Of a stretch of 45,039 nt of DNA, positions 44,908 to 45,039 are shown piece after piece (position 1 is the stretch's first letter; each line of letters begins with the position of its first letter). The DNA is from Candidatus Hadarchaeales archaeon. Its GTDB lineage: Archaea; Hadarchaeota; Hadarchaeia; Hadarchaeales; JAWBSP01. Location: positions 1 to 45,039 of the forward strand of contig JAWBSP010000008.1 in assembly GCA_038842485.1 (NCBI GenBank). The letters are read 5' to 3'. A program made the translations under genes and the position numbers. The notes under the pieces are model-generated. The model ran no database searches. It was not told where the DNA came from and saw nothing but the letters and a program-made list of their open reading frames with translations.

Positions 44908-45039
44908 TTAGCCGCCAATTAGCGCTCTCAAACCATCCTCTAGAGGAATGGAAGCCTTGAACCCAAGAACCCTCTCGGCCTTGGTCACATCCGCCTGACT
45001 GTGCTTTATTTCATTTGCTCTGGGCGGGAGGCGACGCGG
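44908..45039 (-). CDS. 3' end of an NAD-dependent epimerase/dehydratase (GalE-like), partial
   Basis: ...PPRANEIKHSQADVTKAERVLGFKASIPLEDGLRALIGG*, a typical extended-SDR C-terminus. Confidence 0.75.
   Translation of the reverse strand, partial: PRRLPPRANEIKHSQADVTKAERVLGFKASIPLEDGLRALIGG

Overview
Gene-dense archaeal chromosomal window, GC-rich and probably from a thermophile. A Hadarchaeota-like origin is my inference from gene content and style, not a search result. Most of it is housekeeping: Nre plus an SPL-like radical SAM enzyme, the dph2-csl4-rpoL-DUF99-sec11-Nudix-tfs-rpa3-PCNA superoperon, gatE, DPCK-rps24e-rps27ae-guaB, dys, cdc48, rpa1-radA, uppS and XPD. There are two tRNA genes: Ile2-CAT, and Asn-GTT with a 42-nt intron. 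Several sugar modules are interleaved (ROK/GalT, two Zn-dependent polyol dehydrogenases, GH106-like and GH31 hydrolases). No CRISPR array, rRNA, transposase or integrase was seen. The most notable observations are: (1) a divergent sugar cluster built on a 694-aa transaldolase-fold protein with a non-canonical active site; (2) an ArsR / 1268-aa Fn3-repeat surface protein / MinD operon; (3) twin 16-bp palindromes TGTTACCATRGTAACA between convergent glycosidase genes; (4) a hidden 37-codon ORF coupling rpa1 to radA that carries a degenerate copy of the rpa1 3' end; and (5) a stand-alone Cas2/VapD-like ORF heading cdc48. All product calls come from motif recognition by eye.
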